The position numbers and the translations under genes were made by a program. Positions 43,217-55,576 of a stretch of 64,000 nucleotides of DNA are shown here, one piece after another. The stretch is from Eledone cirrhosa. Taxonomy: Eukaryota. A model generated the notes under the pieces. That model was not told the DNA's origin. It was given only the letters and a program-made list of their open reading frames with translations, and ran no database searches. The stretch is from NCBI GenBank assembly GCA_964016885.1, contig OZ024740.1, positions 80,724,001 through 80,788,000 of the forward strand, written 5' to 3'. Within the stretch, counting starts at the first letter, position 1, and each line of letters starts with the position of its first letter.

Positions 43217-43472
43217 TAAAAAAATAATGAATAAAACAATGAAACAGTTCCTTATATTAAACAAAAAATAATGAACTTTTTTTGTTTAATATAAGGAACT
43301 GTTTCATTGTTTTATTCATTATTTTTTTAATATTTTATCTTGACTCTGTATTCCGTTTATCTTTCACCGAAAGTGATTTTTCATTGCATCTCTTCTTTCC
43401 ATGATATCCGGATTACATTGAGTTCTTCATACGGATTGGACACTACCGTAAACTCTTGGTAGATTTATCTAC
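43209..43472 (+). repeat. Fold-back hairpin (about 60-bp arms) plus tail nested in (TA)n within PLE 2
   Basis: 43209-43268 is the reverse complement of 43278-43338. Confidence 0.75.
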
Positions 43473-44612
43473 ATATATATATATATATATATATATGTCT
43501 ACATATATGTATATAGGTGAATCTGTGTGTATGTGTATGTGTGCGCGTATATGTGCATGCATGTGTATGTGTGTGTGTGTCTGTGTATGTGTGTGTATAT
43601 ATGTCTGTGTATACGTGTGTGTGTGTGTGTGTATGTGTATGTTTTGTATACGTGTGTGTGCGTGTATGTGCCCATATCCGTATGTGTGTATGAGTCTATG
43701 TATGTGTATGTATATATGTATAACACCTTCCCTCCATCTTTGTCCTTCGTCACCCCCACCGATACTCCCCCACTCTCCATATTTGTGTCCGCATGCGCGC
43801 ATGCACATACATTTGTGTAAATATACATATGGCTGTGTATGCGCGTGTGTCGATATGTGTGGGCAAGGGTGTGCGTATGTGTTGTGTGTGTGTTTATATA
43901 CACATATATACATATGTGTGTGTGTATACATATATACAACGTATTTGTCAGACGAAGACCGTCTAGCTATGTATCTCCGTAAGGACTTGACACCACCAAC
44001 ACATCCACCACACCACCACAAACGCCACTACCATAAACAAGAACACCACAACCCCACCCACGCCAACCCGTCTACCGATAATCCACTAACCTCATACCAC
44101 AGCCCATCCCAGTAAGCGACCATAACCACCATCATATCATCACATCCACCCCACATACTCTACAGGCCAAGGCCAACCAACCACCACCACACCACAGCCC
44201 ATCTCATCCAACGACCGTCACCAACATCTCACCATCACATCCACCCCCATATCACTACACGCCAGTACATCCCATTGATCCTTCCCACCAATCAAAACAA
44301 CTCATTTTGTCTAACTCTTGAAACTCTGACTTTACCACATAGCATGTATTTCATTTTCTTATAGCATTTTAAGAGGGTCCGTCGAGCTGCCGATTATTGA
44401 GTCGAGTAGGATCGATATAGATCGAACCTTCAGCTGATCAGTGGCGAAACACGCGTCACCTATCAATAAATGCAATGAAGGAGTAATCAATCGTCCCTGT
44501 TATCCTTTCAATATAATACACTCTGCATAGCTCTACACCTCATCACAGAAGTGAACCTAAACATCGAGTGCTCTCCCGGGTGAACCTGCAGTAACTCCTA
44601 GTTTTCCCCCCT

Positions 44613-44642
<30 letters not shown>

Positions 44643-44647
<5 letters not shown>

Positions 44648-45767
44648 GACAGGGGGGAAGAAAAAAATGGCTTCACTTGTGCTTTCAACAAATTTATTTT
44701 CTTCACAAAATCTAAAAAGAATTTTTCTTAAAAAAAATTATTTTATAAATTAAGTTGTTGGTTGTTGGTTAGGTCTTAGGAGTTCTTGGTTAACGTAGGA
44801 GGTATTGTTTCGTTTTTAGAAAGACCTTTCACGCTGAGGTGCGCTTGTCAAACTGATGTGTATGTGGTGTGTTGTTCTATATATAGGGATTTAACATGTC
44901 TGTGGTGTGGTGGGGGTTTCTTTTCTCCCCCTTTAATAAGTGCATGGGTGTAGGTGTGTTGAAAAAGTGTTCATAGCAGTAATGAGTTGAGACGGTGAGT
45001 AGGGTTGGGTGGGGAGAAATGTAGCAAGTGCGGCCTGCCCCGGTCATTCTCGAAAAATTCCTTTATTCAGGGGAAAAAGCTTTTAGTATTGCTTTTGTGT
45101 TGAGAATGGTCACAGGCAAAGTGTGTGTGTATGTACGTATATGCGCACATATATGTGTGTGTTGAACAAAGGACTAACTTTGGGATAGACGTAGAAAAAT
45201 TCTTCAGGAAAAAAAGAAAAAAATAATTATTCACAAACTTGACAGGTGCGATTTGCCTGTGACCATTCTCAACACAAAAGCAATACTAAAAGCTTTTTCC
45301 CCTGAATAAAGGAATTTTTCGAGAATGACCGGGGCAGGCCGCACTTGCTACATTTCTCCCCACCCAACCCTACTCACCGTCTCAACTCATTACTGCTATG
45401 AACACTTTTTCAACACACCTACACCCATGCACTTATTAAAGGGGGAGAAAAGAAACCCCCACCACACCACAGACATGTTAAATCCCTATATATAGAACAA
45501 CACACCACATACACATCAGTTTGACAAGCGCACCTCAGCGTGAAATGTCTTTCTAAAAACGAAACAATACCTCCTACGTTAACCAAGAACTCCTAAGACC
45601 TAACCAACAACCAACAACTTAATTTATAAAATAATTTTTTTTTAAGAAAAATTCTTTTGGGATTTTGTGAAGAAAATAAAATTGTTGAAAGCACAAGTGA
45701 AGCCATTTTTTCTTCCCCCCTGTCTTAATATACCTAACTGTACCAAGGATTACACACATTTTCCAAT
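44643..45767. repeat. About 1.1-kb near-perfect inverted repeat (arms about 478 bp, spacer about 130 bp) with a short tail
   Basis: 44643-45120 is the reverse complement of 45252-45730; (TA)n on both sides. Confidence 0.92.
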
Positions 45768-48005
45768 ATATATATATACATATATACATATAAAATGTGC
45801 TAAAAATCGTTCCGTGGATATTTGACAAAAAGAAATAGAGAGAGAGTAATTGATTTCTGAGAAGTAACAGTTAGACCAACTATATATATTAATTATATAG
45901 GTACCTTATAAAAGCAATGCATTTACAAATATCTGTGAAGAGACAGCACGCAACTATAATGAAACCTCCCGTGCGAGTATATATCGCAGAAAATTTCTTA
46001 GGTTATTAATGATTTTTTAAACTTTTAAGCTACGACTTTTCATGTCCCATTAACGACACGATATAAAATCATTAAAGATAAATTCTTAAAAGTAATGTTA
46101 AGTGAACAGATAAAACGCATATACAACAATATATAAATCAAAAGTTAAGAGACAAATGCATTGTTTATTTGATCAACTTTCTGTTACAAAATCTCGAATC
46201 ATCTTAAAAGAAAATTACGTTTATGTGCAGAAGTGTTTATTTGCAGAAGTGTCTAATGGGAAATTCTGCTTGATTTCTTATTCCTAGCACGCAACGGAAG
46301 ATGGTTTGACTGTTGAAACACACAAACGAAATGGCTATCCTAAATAATTTTTAAAACAAATGACATCCGATGTCTTGTAATTTGAAACAAATTCAAAATC
46401 AATAGAATGTAAATGTAATTATTTTACCATATAATGTATATCAGTGAAACTTTCAAAAATAATTGGTGTCTTAGATGACTAATTTATATATTTATTTTAC
46501 TATCACGAAATTACAAGCACATGACGGCATCGTACGTGTCATAAATTTATGTATTTATTAAGAACTTTGGGTTTTATTATACTCAGTATACTATGTAATG
46601 TCACTTTTGTTGATTGTAATTATGAAGTTTATTTCGCAACAACGTATTATAGTTTCCATTGCTACTCGAACAAACTTTTCTAAGTGGTATTTAGAACACA
46701 AAAACTATCCTAAAGCTTGTCATATCTCCCGTCTCTATTTTTGGCTGGTAATCAAATCTATCATCTGGTTTTAAATCCCCGCTTGCCCTTCGGGTGAATG
46801 TAACGGGGGACCCTTTTTCCTGCATATCACAGCGAACTGTAAATAGTAGTAGGCGCCGTCGTTTCTCATGTAAAGTCATTAGAAAGAAAATATCAAAAAG
46901 AAAACGGCAAATAAGTTTTGGTAAATCGTTGAAATAGTACTCTGAATGTATAACGTTAAATTTTATATTTTGTTATTAACGCAACATCAATTCTAATGGT
47001 CCAATACTAGAATAGTGATTTAAATAATCCTAAATGGTGTGAGGGGATCCACAAAGATGTTGTCGGCATATACTGTAGTGAAACTATTTGTAAATCACTA
47101 ACAAAGAAGGTGCTGGACAACATATACCAAGATAATGAAACAATAATGAATTCTGCAGTTTTGTCGCTATTTGTAGTACAGAACTCTCATTCTGATATAA
47201 TCCTTAATGATAGGAGAACAGAACCACTGGAGAGTGAAATCTGGCAGGCATGTTATAGGCCTCATCATCTCAGCTGATTGCTTCCAATTCCTATTGTGTA
47301 AAATCTGAAACAAATTACATTGGCTTTTCATTCAATGGATTATCAGTATTATTTCTGTCCCTTCACTAACTTCTATATCTCTATTCTACTAGATATTCGT
47401 CATTTAACATATTGGATTTCATGTTGATAAATGAAAATGTCAATGAATTACTGAGGCCAATACTATCGACTGTAATCTCCCCACAACATTTGAGCGTTTA
47501 CGTCAAATTTAGAAATCAATGACTTTCAGTATTTATTTTAGTCGAAAGAGAGGGAGAGTGTTCATTATCTTTGGAAGTTGTAAGTAACTGGTGATACAGT
47601 TGTTGTTGCTTTGAGCTAAGTCAGCCCCATTGTCATTACATATGCTTTCACGCTTTGATTGTGGCTTACCCGTATATTTCTATACCAGGGACTTTAGATA
47701 TTTTCCAAGACGGTCTGGCGTTATTTATAGGAGGCATAGTTACTATGTATTGTTTGTAGGCTTGAAGAAGTGCTCAATTTGGAATTTAGTTTGTTATAAC
47801 TGTAGGGAAAACGATGACAGGCAGGAAGTTCCAGAGGATTGCAGGCTTTGATTTGACGATAATGGAAAATACAGAGAGATAGCTTTAGTGGGAGAAAACA
47901 GAGTATGGATGATGGAAGAAGGGTCATAAACACATCAATTATGTTGTGTAGAAGGAAGCTAACTTTCTCAAAGATGCATAAAGTGTTGAAGTGGCAATTG
48001 AATAA

Positions 48006-48048
<43 letters not shown>

Positions 48049-48130
48049 GGAGGTGAGTTTTATTGTAGAACAATAATGCAATGCAAATATCGTATAAGTA
48101 CCAACCCAAAACTTTATTGGACTGGAGTAT

Positions 48131-48440
48131 ATAAGAAGAAATTAAAAGATGGTTAAAAAAGTTCCATGTATTTTAACCATGTATTTTAACTTTTTTAACC
48201 ATCTTTTAAAAGAAATTAAAAGATGGTTAAAAAAGTTCCATGTATTTTAACCATGTATTTTAACTTTTTTAACCATCTTTTAAAAGAAATTAAAAGATGG
48301 CTAAAAAAGTTCCATGTATTTTAACCATGTATTTTAACTTTTTTAACCATCTTTTAAAAGAAATTAAAAGATGGTTAAAAAAGTTCCATGTATTTTAACC
48401 ATGTATTTTAACTTTTTTAACCATCTTTTAATTTCTTCTA
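48131..48440. repeat. Four tandem 74-bp units, each an internal hairpin
   Basis: attaaaagat at 48141, 48215, 48289 and 48363; ttaaaagatggttaaaaaagtt pairs with aacttttttaaccatcttttaa. Confidence 0.93.
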
Positions 48441-48448
48441 TATATATA

Positions 48449-48643
48449 CGAGGGTCTGCTGTAGAGTTCATAGGCTGACCAAGATACTTTCATGGAATGA
48501 CCAAATAATGTTTCTTTTTCAACATAGCCCTTGGAAAGCAGCAATGTAGTTATTAATAAGAATTGAAATTAATGGATGCAAGATTTCACACCTCTTGCAA
48601 CAATTCTTCATAGTCAACCTATGAACCTATCAGTCAACCCTCG
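48449..48643. mobile_element. Tc1/mariner-like MITE
   Basis: Imperfect TIRs cgagggtctgctgtagagttcataggctgac / gtcaacctatgaacctatcagtcaaccctcg; TA on the left, TG on the right. Confidence 0.72.
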
Positions 48644-49196
48644 TGTAAATATATAATCACAGGCCAATAAGCTTATGATTGTAGATTTGTGATTTGTAAG
48701 TGTTTGTCAATGGGCCCAATGAAATGTCTTCAATGCAATTTATGATGCTCATGTGTATAGGAATAGTATGTGTCCGGTATCTGTGCACTACATTTACTTG
48801 AATCGCAGTTTAACATTTAAAGGATAAGAGCCCGAAAACGGCTGAAGCGTGTTTTTCTATTGAAGAATATGTCTATTCAGCTTGATGGGACCTTACGTGG
48901 TTGTCATGTGAGATCAGGAAACATTTTGATAATTAACATTTTAGACATAGTTTTATTAATTTAGACATGTTTTTTCATCAATACGAAACGAGTAATGTAT
49001 CTTTGTTTCCTCGTATTGTGTGTAAAATTAATGTTGGTTCTCAACTGTACCCCTTTGACAAAACCTCATGTTAAATATCTCATTCATTTTCCGGAATATA
49101 ACAGGGTGTAAACTGAGGTAGAATTAACTGATATTTTCGTGTTTTATTAAAGGGATTATTAATCACCTAAAAGCAATGTTATTATTAGATATAACT

Positions 49197-49388
49197 AGGG
49201 CGGTGAATTGGCAGTATCGGTAGAGGGTCGGACGCCATGCTTTCCAGCATAGTTACGTCTATTTACGGTCTGAGTTCAAATCCCGTCGAGGTTAACTTTG
49301 CCTTTCATCCTTACCGGGTCGATAAAATAAAGTACCAGTAATCAACTATGTAATTGCTGGCCTTGTGCCAAAAGTAGAAACAATTATT
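49197..49388 (+). mobile_element. Full-length tRNA-derived SINE
   Basis: A-box tggcagtatcgg, B-box gagttcaaatccc, conserved central domain, 3' aattatta. Confidence 0.87.
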
Positions 49389-50788
49389 AGATATCACTGA
49401 TGTTTATGTTTAGAATTACAATAAGATGTAAACAGTTGTATAATTCTCCTAGAAGTATGCATGGTTAAATACAACAGCAGAGTGTATGGTTATACGAATA
49501 GAAACGTGTAGATTGCATAACAGTTTCTTTGACTACCCCATAATCGATACCGATTATGGGTCAGAGGTGAAAAGGCTCATATACAAGCTTCTGCCGTCTC
49601 TCTGCTTTATCTACATCTTCCAGGAAGGATTCTATGTATCTGAGCTAACTAGCCAAAAGACACGCAATGCATTGCCACTACGTTCTCTCATACCCTATAC
49701 AGTATATTACCTTTTCATCGACCACCCACTAATCTCTGATCATTCCTTCTAAGAAATTCTCTTATTTGGAATTGTCTTACAGCATAAGATCCTTGTCTAT
49801 TTTTCTAGCCGCCAGGCTGGTGAGGTCAATTTGAACAACCTCTAGATTGAGGTATTCATTTGAAAGAATCTCAAACAGGTTAATAGCGGATATTTCTCTG
49901 CTCTAACTAACTATAAACACATGTAAGCTTCTAGTAAACTTAGATCGAGATCAAATGGAATATTAATAAACTTGTTGCAATTGTCATTTCAGTGAAACCA
50001 ATCTCCTTGATATTAAAATACCGGTCAGTTGGCATGCTTCTCTTTTCTGCCTAACATCGTTGCTTATAATAACTTCGCTGTATACTGAAATGTCAAACTT
50101 AGGTGAGACTACTCATTCTTCTCTAATACTAAAATTACACGACCATCTGTTATGATGTATACTAATCTAATTGTTTAATACACTGAAATCTATAGAGAAT
50201 AATTCAACAAAGAAATTCTTCCAAATACAGAATATTTGGATATCAATAATAGCGATATAATGACCTTTATTGATAGAGTTGACCATAATTCTTGGGATGG
50301 TTTACTCTTGCAGACTATAATACACTTCATATGATAATCATCTCAATCATATATATTCAGTTGAAAATATGTATATATCGTACAATGTCGAATATAACTT
50401 AATTTTGCTAGTTATTGCATGGTGCATTGGCAAGGTGTCAGCGAGATTTATCAATTTATTTATGAAGAAAAGATCGGTGTGTGTGTGTGTGTGGGGGGGG
50501 GGGGGTTAAGGAGAAGATGATAAAGTGCTCGTGGCCTTTGCCATCCTTCTCACACTGGAGGAATCAATAAATCAATACGGCTGATATATAAATTGAGGAT
50601 TTACAGATTAATTCTTCTAAGAAAAACGTGACGATGGGAAACAATAGATCGGGTCGACGAAGAGAGCTGAGGTTAGGGTTCATTGGTTGAACAGCAGTGG
50701 AGAAGGTTTATTTCAAGGATCAGGAGGAGGTGTTGTAGTTGATTTAAATGGCTGAGAGTACACGAAAACAGGGAATATTGTTGAAGAG

Positions 50789-50865
<77 letters not shown>

Positions 50866-50869
50866 TATA

Positions 50870-51473
50870 TAACGGTAATATATATCAAGAGGTATAAGTC
50901 AACATTTCATAATATATTTCTTTTATTACCGTTATATATATTTCAATGATAGCCACAATTCAACACCTTTGACCTTGCTGGACAGTTAGAAACAACGCAT
51001 ATAAAACATTAAGTTTTTTTCTTTATATTTTATATTTGTTTTAGGAGAATTTTATGTTTTATGTGTTACTTTTGTTTGAAGAGGTGATATCTGTTGAATT
51101 GTGGTAATCACGGAAATATATATATACCGGTCAGAAAAGAAGTAAGTTAGGAAATGCTATCTTATACCTCTTGATTATATATTTACTCCGGAGTGAACAT
51201 ACCCTCTTGTCGAGTTGGTTGAATGCTCTACCCTGCATGCTGAAGTGTTTGCGTTAAACTAAAACATAATCTCTAGTTGCAGTACATTGACCTTTTCGCC
51301 CCTGCCTTCTATCTTTACACACGGCACTAGACAAGATTATTTCTTCATCATACACACTCATCCGGGAACAGTTCTGTATGGCGCCAATTAGTGATTTGAA
51401 CTCGGGAATTTTATATTCTGCGAGTGAGAAGAACCCTCTGACGAAAGACTTCTCCTCAATAGATTCAGAAACG

Positions 51474-51478
<5 letters not shown>
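50870..51478 (+). mobile_element. Diverged fold-back PLE terminus
   Basis: Imperfect inverted arms about 50875-50965 and 51092-51185; ends with attcagaaacgaa(TA)n like the Neptune-like copies. Confidence 0.5.
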
Positions 51479-51512
<34 letters not shown>

Positions 51513-51663
51513 AATATATCAACTAACATAGGCGCACAGATGCACGTCCATGCCAGCAAATACACAGGTTATGTCATAGTACCTAGGTGGTTCAATGCAG
51601 GAGGGTGCAGAACAATAATATAAAAGACGTAAGATAAGAAAATAATTCTTTTCTTATCTTACG

Positions 51664-51701
<38 letters not shown>

Positions 51702-51703
<2 letters not shown>

Positions 51704-51912
51704 CAAAGGAATTGTGGTAAGGAACCAAATGGACCATAACGCACTAGAGTATTCAATACTTAGGGTAGTAGAGTGGGCAATAGGAAAAAGTATGGCCCCG
51801 ACGGCAGAGCTAAAGCCGTTTCGACGGCTATTTCTGGACGGCTATTTCTTGAGTCCAGAAATAGCCGTCGCAACGGCTTGAGCTCTGCCGTCGGGGGTCA
51901 TACTTTTTCCTA
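51702..51912 (-). mobile_element. Short fold-back element, family B
   Basis: Tail on the left, arms 51780-51840 and 51853-51912. Confidence 0.78.
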
Positions 51913-52457
51913 TATATATATATATATATATATATATAACTCGATTTCGGACAATGCCATCGCTTGATAGATAAGAATGAGCATCACGCACGTGGCATTT
52001 TAGTCCTGCTACAATCTTGCCTATGACCAGCAGTGCCTCGTAAAAATGTCACATATCAATCCATGTCCGTGCTTGAAGCTTTTTGGAGTGAGGAAACGCT
52101 TGACACAGGGCCAATCCCATTCTCTGAACATCGAATGCATTTACCCAAAATGTAGAACTCATGTACATCATTGGATGGTGTTATATCAGAGTGAGCTTCC
52201 ACGAGAAAGATATCTTAATGAAGACTAGGGGTCTCTCGGTCCCCGTAAAAAAGAAAGAAAAAAAAACTGCATGGCCGTTGGCTCTCCTGATTTCCTCCAG
52301 CCTATGACGGGGTTTTATTTTTCATCCCGCAGGGTATCCAAAATCACGCTCCTAACTAAACTAGCTAGGGGTTTTCAGGTTTAGTCGCCGGCGACACGAC
52401 CATGCACAGGTTGTATTGGGTTACATGTTACCAGTAGCGCTGAAGAGCGACCTGACA

Positions 52458-52515
<58 letters not shown>

Positions 52516-52628
52516 AGTTGAAAAAAATGAAAACGAAATTTCATTTCTCACTCTTAGTATGGCACTTACTTAAATGTAAGTATGTATGTATACGTACATA
52601 TATATATGTATACAGACGTACAGTAGCA

Positions 52629-52668
<40 letters not shown>

Positions 52669-52842
52669 TATAGACATATGCATACAGGTACACATACATA
52701 TATGCACGCATCAGTTTAGCCGACGTTTATTATAACGCCTGCTTTGTTCGTTTGTTTGTCAACAAATCGAACAACCTGAATTTATGCCATACGGTGTTAA
52801 GGCAACCACGTCACCTTTTTTTGTTCAACACTGACACAGGAA

Positions 52843-52883
52843 CGATGTACTAGTTTCAAGCTTGTTAGCTATCATCAGCACCG
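52843..52883 (-). ncRNA. Minimal type-I hammerhead ribozyme
   Basis: Reverse complement reads cggtg-CTGATGA-tagc taacaa gctt-GAAA-cta-GTA-catcg. Confidence 0.82.
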
Positions 52884-53327
52884 TTTACCCATCTGTCAGA
52901 TAGTTGAACGTTCGAAAGTATATACTTTCCTTATGAAAATTAACGGCTGAGCAGCCCAATTTGCATATTGAGTGAGTTAAATCGGTCAGGCATACCGAAA
53001 ACGATAAGTTGAAAAAAATGAAAACGAAATTTCATTTCTCACTCTTAGTATGGCACTTACTTAAATGTAAGTATGTATGTATACGTACATACATATATGT
53101 ATACAGACGTACAGTAGCATGCATATATATATATATATATATATACATATATATATACACATATGCATACAGGTACACATACATATATGTACGCATCAGT
53201 TTAGCCGACGTTTATTATAACGCCTGCTTTGTTCGTTTGTTTGTCAACAAATCGAACAGCCTGAATTTATGCCATACGGTGTTAAGGCAACCACGTCACC
53301 TTTTTTTGTTCAACACTGACACAGGAA

Positions 53328-53368
53328 CGATGTACTAGTTTCAAGTTTGTTAGCTATCATCAGCACCG
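53328..53368 (-). ncRNA. Minimal type-I hammerhead ribozyme (second monomer; one stem II mismatch)
   Basis: Same motif as 52843-52883. Confidence 0.75.
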
Positions 53369-53478
53369 TTTACCCATCTGTCAGATAGTTGAACGTTCGA
53401 AAGTATATACTTTCCTTATGAAAATTAACGGCTGAGCAGCCCAATTTGCATATTGAGTGAGTTAAATTGGTCAGGCAT

Positions 53479-53531
<53 letters not shown>

Positions 53532-53689
53532 AGTATGGGGTTAACCGAAAAGAGTTGTGCGGACAACATTATGGTCTTTCGGTTGTGAAGCAGATAAAAA
53601 GCAGTGCTCAACGACCTCTATAAATGGTGCATTATATATTAATAAAAGATCGGAGGCCATATTCAGTTGATTCAGGTTTATTTAAAACT

Positions 53690-53747
53690 CCGTTATATAT
53701 ATTTCACTAAGGACTATCAGTTATGATAGCCTGAGCTCTTCAGACAG
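53690..53747 (-). ncRNA. Type-I hammerhead in a further PLE-like terminus (about 53530-53760)
   Basis: Reverse complement reads ctgt-CTGAAGA-gctcaggctatc ataact gatagtccttagt-GAAA-tatata-TA-acgg. Confidence 0.7.
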
Positions 53748-54035
53748 TAAAACCGAAAAGGAACATTGAAAGTTCATAAGAAACCTTTAAATTTGGAAAA
53801 ATCAAATAATTTCCCCGAAAAAGATTTTCTTTTCATCATACAGCGGGCCAGCCTAACTCGTGGTGTTGTTTCTTCGACGGTCGGCCCCTGTATGACCCCA
53901 AGAAATTTGGCGGTGCATATTGTTTACCACAGCTGACCACAGCTGACCAGAGGACTCAACTCATCCCTATGGACTAGCGGAACACTCAGGATAAGAACAT
54001 CCCCTGACCAAGGACAACACTTTATATATATATAT

Positions 54036-54366
54036 ATAAAAAGAAAACAAGATGAAATCTAAAATGCAACTGGAGTCTTATTTCTTTATAAATATATATA
54101 TTTATTTGGTTCCTTTACCGATTTCGCAGTTCTTCTGCTTTTCAAAAGTTGAGTTGAGATGGAGGGTCTAAACCACAGACCATCCATCTCAACTCTACTT
54201 TTGAAAAGCAGAAGAACTGCGAAACCTGTAAAGGAACCAAATAAATATATATATTTAAAAAGAAATAAGACTCCAGTTGCATTTTCGATTTCATCTTGTT
54301 TTCTTTATACTTTCACTCGTGTAGGACAGCTGGGTTATTTTTCATTTTGTAAAGAAACCTCACTTT

Positions 54367-54370
<4 letters not shown>
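54036..54370 (+). mobile_element. Fold-back element, family C
   Basis: Arms 54036-54169 and 54176-54308; U3-A8 hammerhead at 54198-54234. Confidence 0.8.
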
Positions 54371-54428
<58 letters not shown>

Positions 54429-54599
54429 TACATAGATATGTATATATATATATATGTATGTATATAGGAAAGGAGTGAGTACCCCGACGGCTGAGCTCCG
54501 GCCGTTTCGACAGCTAGATTCGAACAGTTCGGATCTAGCTGTCGAAATATATTTAATCACCATACAGTAAACATAGGATACTCTTGCACCAACACTGTA

Positions 54600-55091
54600 A
54601 TAAAACTACATCACCGGCAAACACAGAAGCCCTCCACCGTACGGATTCTCGTGTAGAAGATCTGAAACATGTCCACTGAAACATGCTACACTCCGGCAGT
54701 GATATACGAAGCCGAGGTTACCTCCACCAACCAGAACCACCAAACTGAAGCCTGGTCCTATGTTGGTATGTCCGAGAGCCGGTTTAAAAACTGGTACCTG
54801 AATCACGAAACAACATTCAGATATACCGACAAAAAACACACCACCTCGTTCGCAAACCATGTATGAGGCCTTAAGAACAACGGCACGCCCTTTTCCATCA
54901 AATGGCGTATTTTGGAAAGATCTACCGCCTATGTAAATGGATCGAAAGTTTGTCGACTTTGTAATTCCGAAAAATGGATACTCTCACAATTAGCTTCAGA
55001 TAAGCTCCGCCTCAACAAACGGCTCGATTACTTTGGCGGTTGTCACCATGTGAAGAAGAATATTTTAGATAAATGGCTTAGGCTTGACTAA
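54600..55091 (+). pseudogene. Naiad-type GIY-YIG endonuclease fragment of a further PLE family
   Basis: VIYEAEV..YVGMSESRFKNWYLNHETTF..TSFANHV*GLK..IKWRILE..CRLCNSEK..LNKR..CHH (manual continuation). Confidence 0.82.
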
Positions 55092-55414
55092 CAGGTCGAG
55101 AAGTAACATTTGATTTACTGACTGTATTGTAATTCAGTGAAATTGGATCTTTTGAGTCAACTAGAAGAAATTATTGTGCTTCTATTTTCATTCAAAATTG
55201 ACTGTGGTCTCTCAAGTGTTACCTCCCCCGATCTTACCCTATGTTTAAAAAAGCATTTTCTAAACTTTTTTTCGTAAATCTTATGTTATATCCCTATAGG
55301 GAAAGCATAATCAAACCTAGGCGGCTATCTTTGTTTTTATCTTTCTCATGACAGGCTGAATGAATTGGGGCCCAGAACCCAACGAAACTTGAGCACCTGT
55401 TTATGTCACTGGTG

Positions 55415-55465
<51 letters not shown>

Positions 55466-55495
55466 ATATATACATATATATATATATATATATTT

Positions 55496-55574
<79 letters not shown>

Positions 55575-55576
<2 letters not shown>

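Larger units (their letters stand above)
36860..44617 (+). mobile_element. Near full-length Naiad-type PLE 2: inverted end (36860-37225), long partial tandem copy (37226-39826), ORF, 3' UTR/pLTR
   Basis: 37500-37820 matches 42830-43140; 38700-39826 matches 43520-44617; ends in (TA)n. Confidence 0.9.
52514..53482 (-). repeat. Tandem pair of about 485-bp non-coding monomers, each with a canonical minimal hammerhead (retrozyme-like)
   Basis: Units 52514-53002 and 53005-53482; hammerheads at 52843-52883 and 53328-53368 on the minus strand. Confidence 0.85.

Noticed and set aside
48131-48440. CRISPR-like appearance of regularly spaced palindromic repeats
   Set aside because: The units are contiguous and essentially identical with no unique spacers, there are no cas genes, and the context is eukaryotic
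49197-49290. tRNA gene
   Set aside because: The A and B boxes belong to a SINE head; no cloverleaf could be formed
54864-54866. In-frame TGA in the GIY-YIG fragment
   Set aside because: It falls at the conserved Trp position (TGG to TGA), consistent with ordinary decay; the same applies to the Helitron stop at 60670
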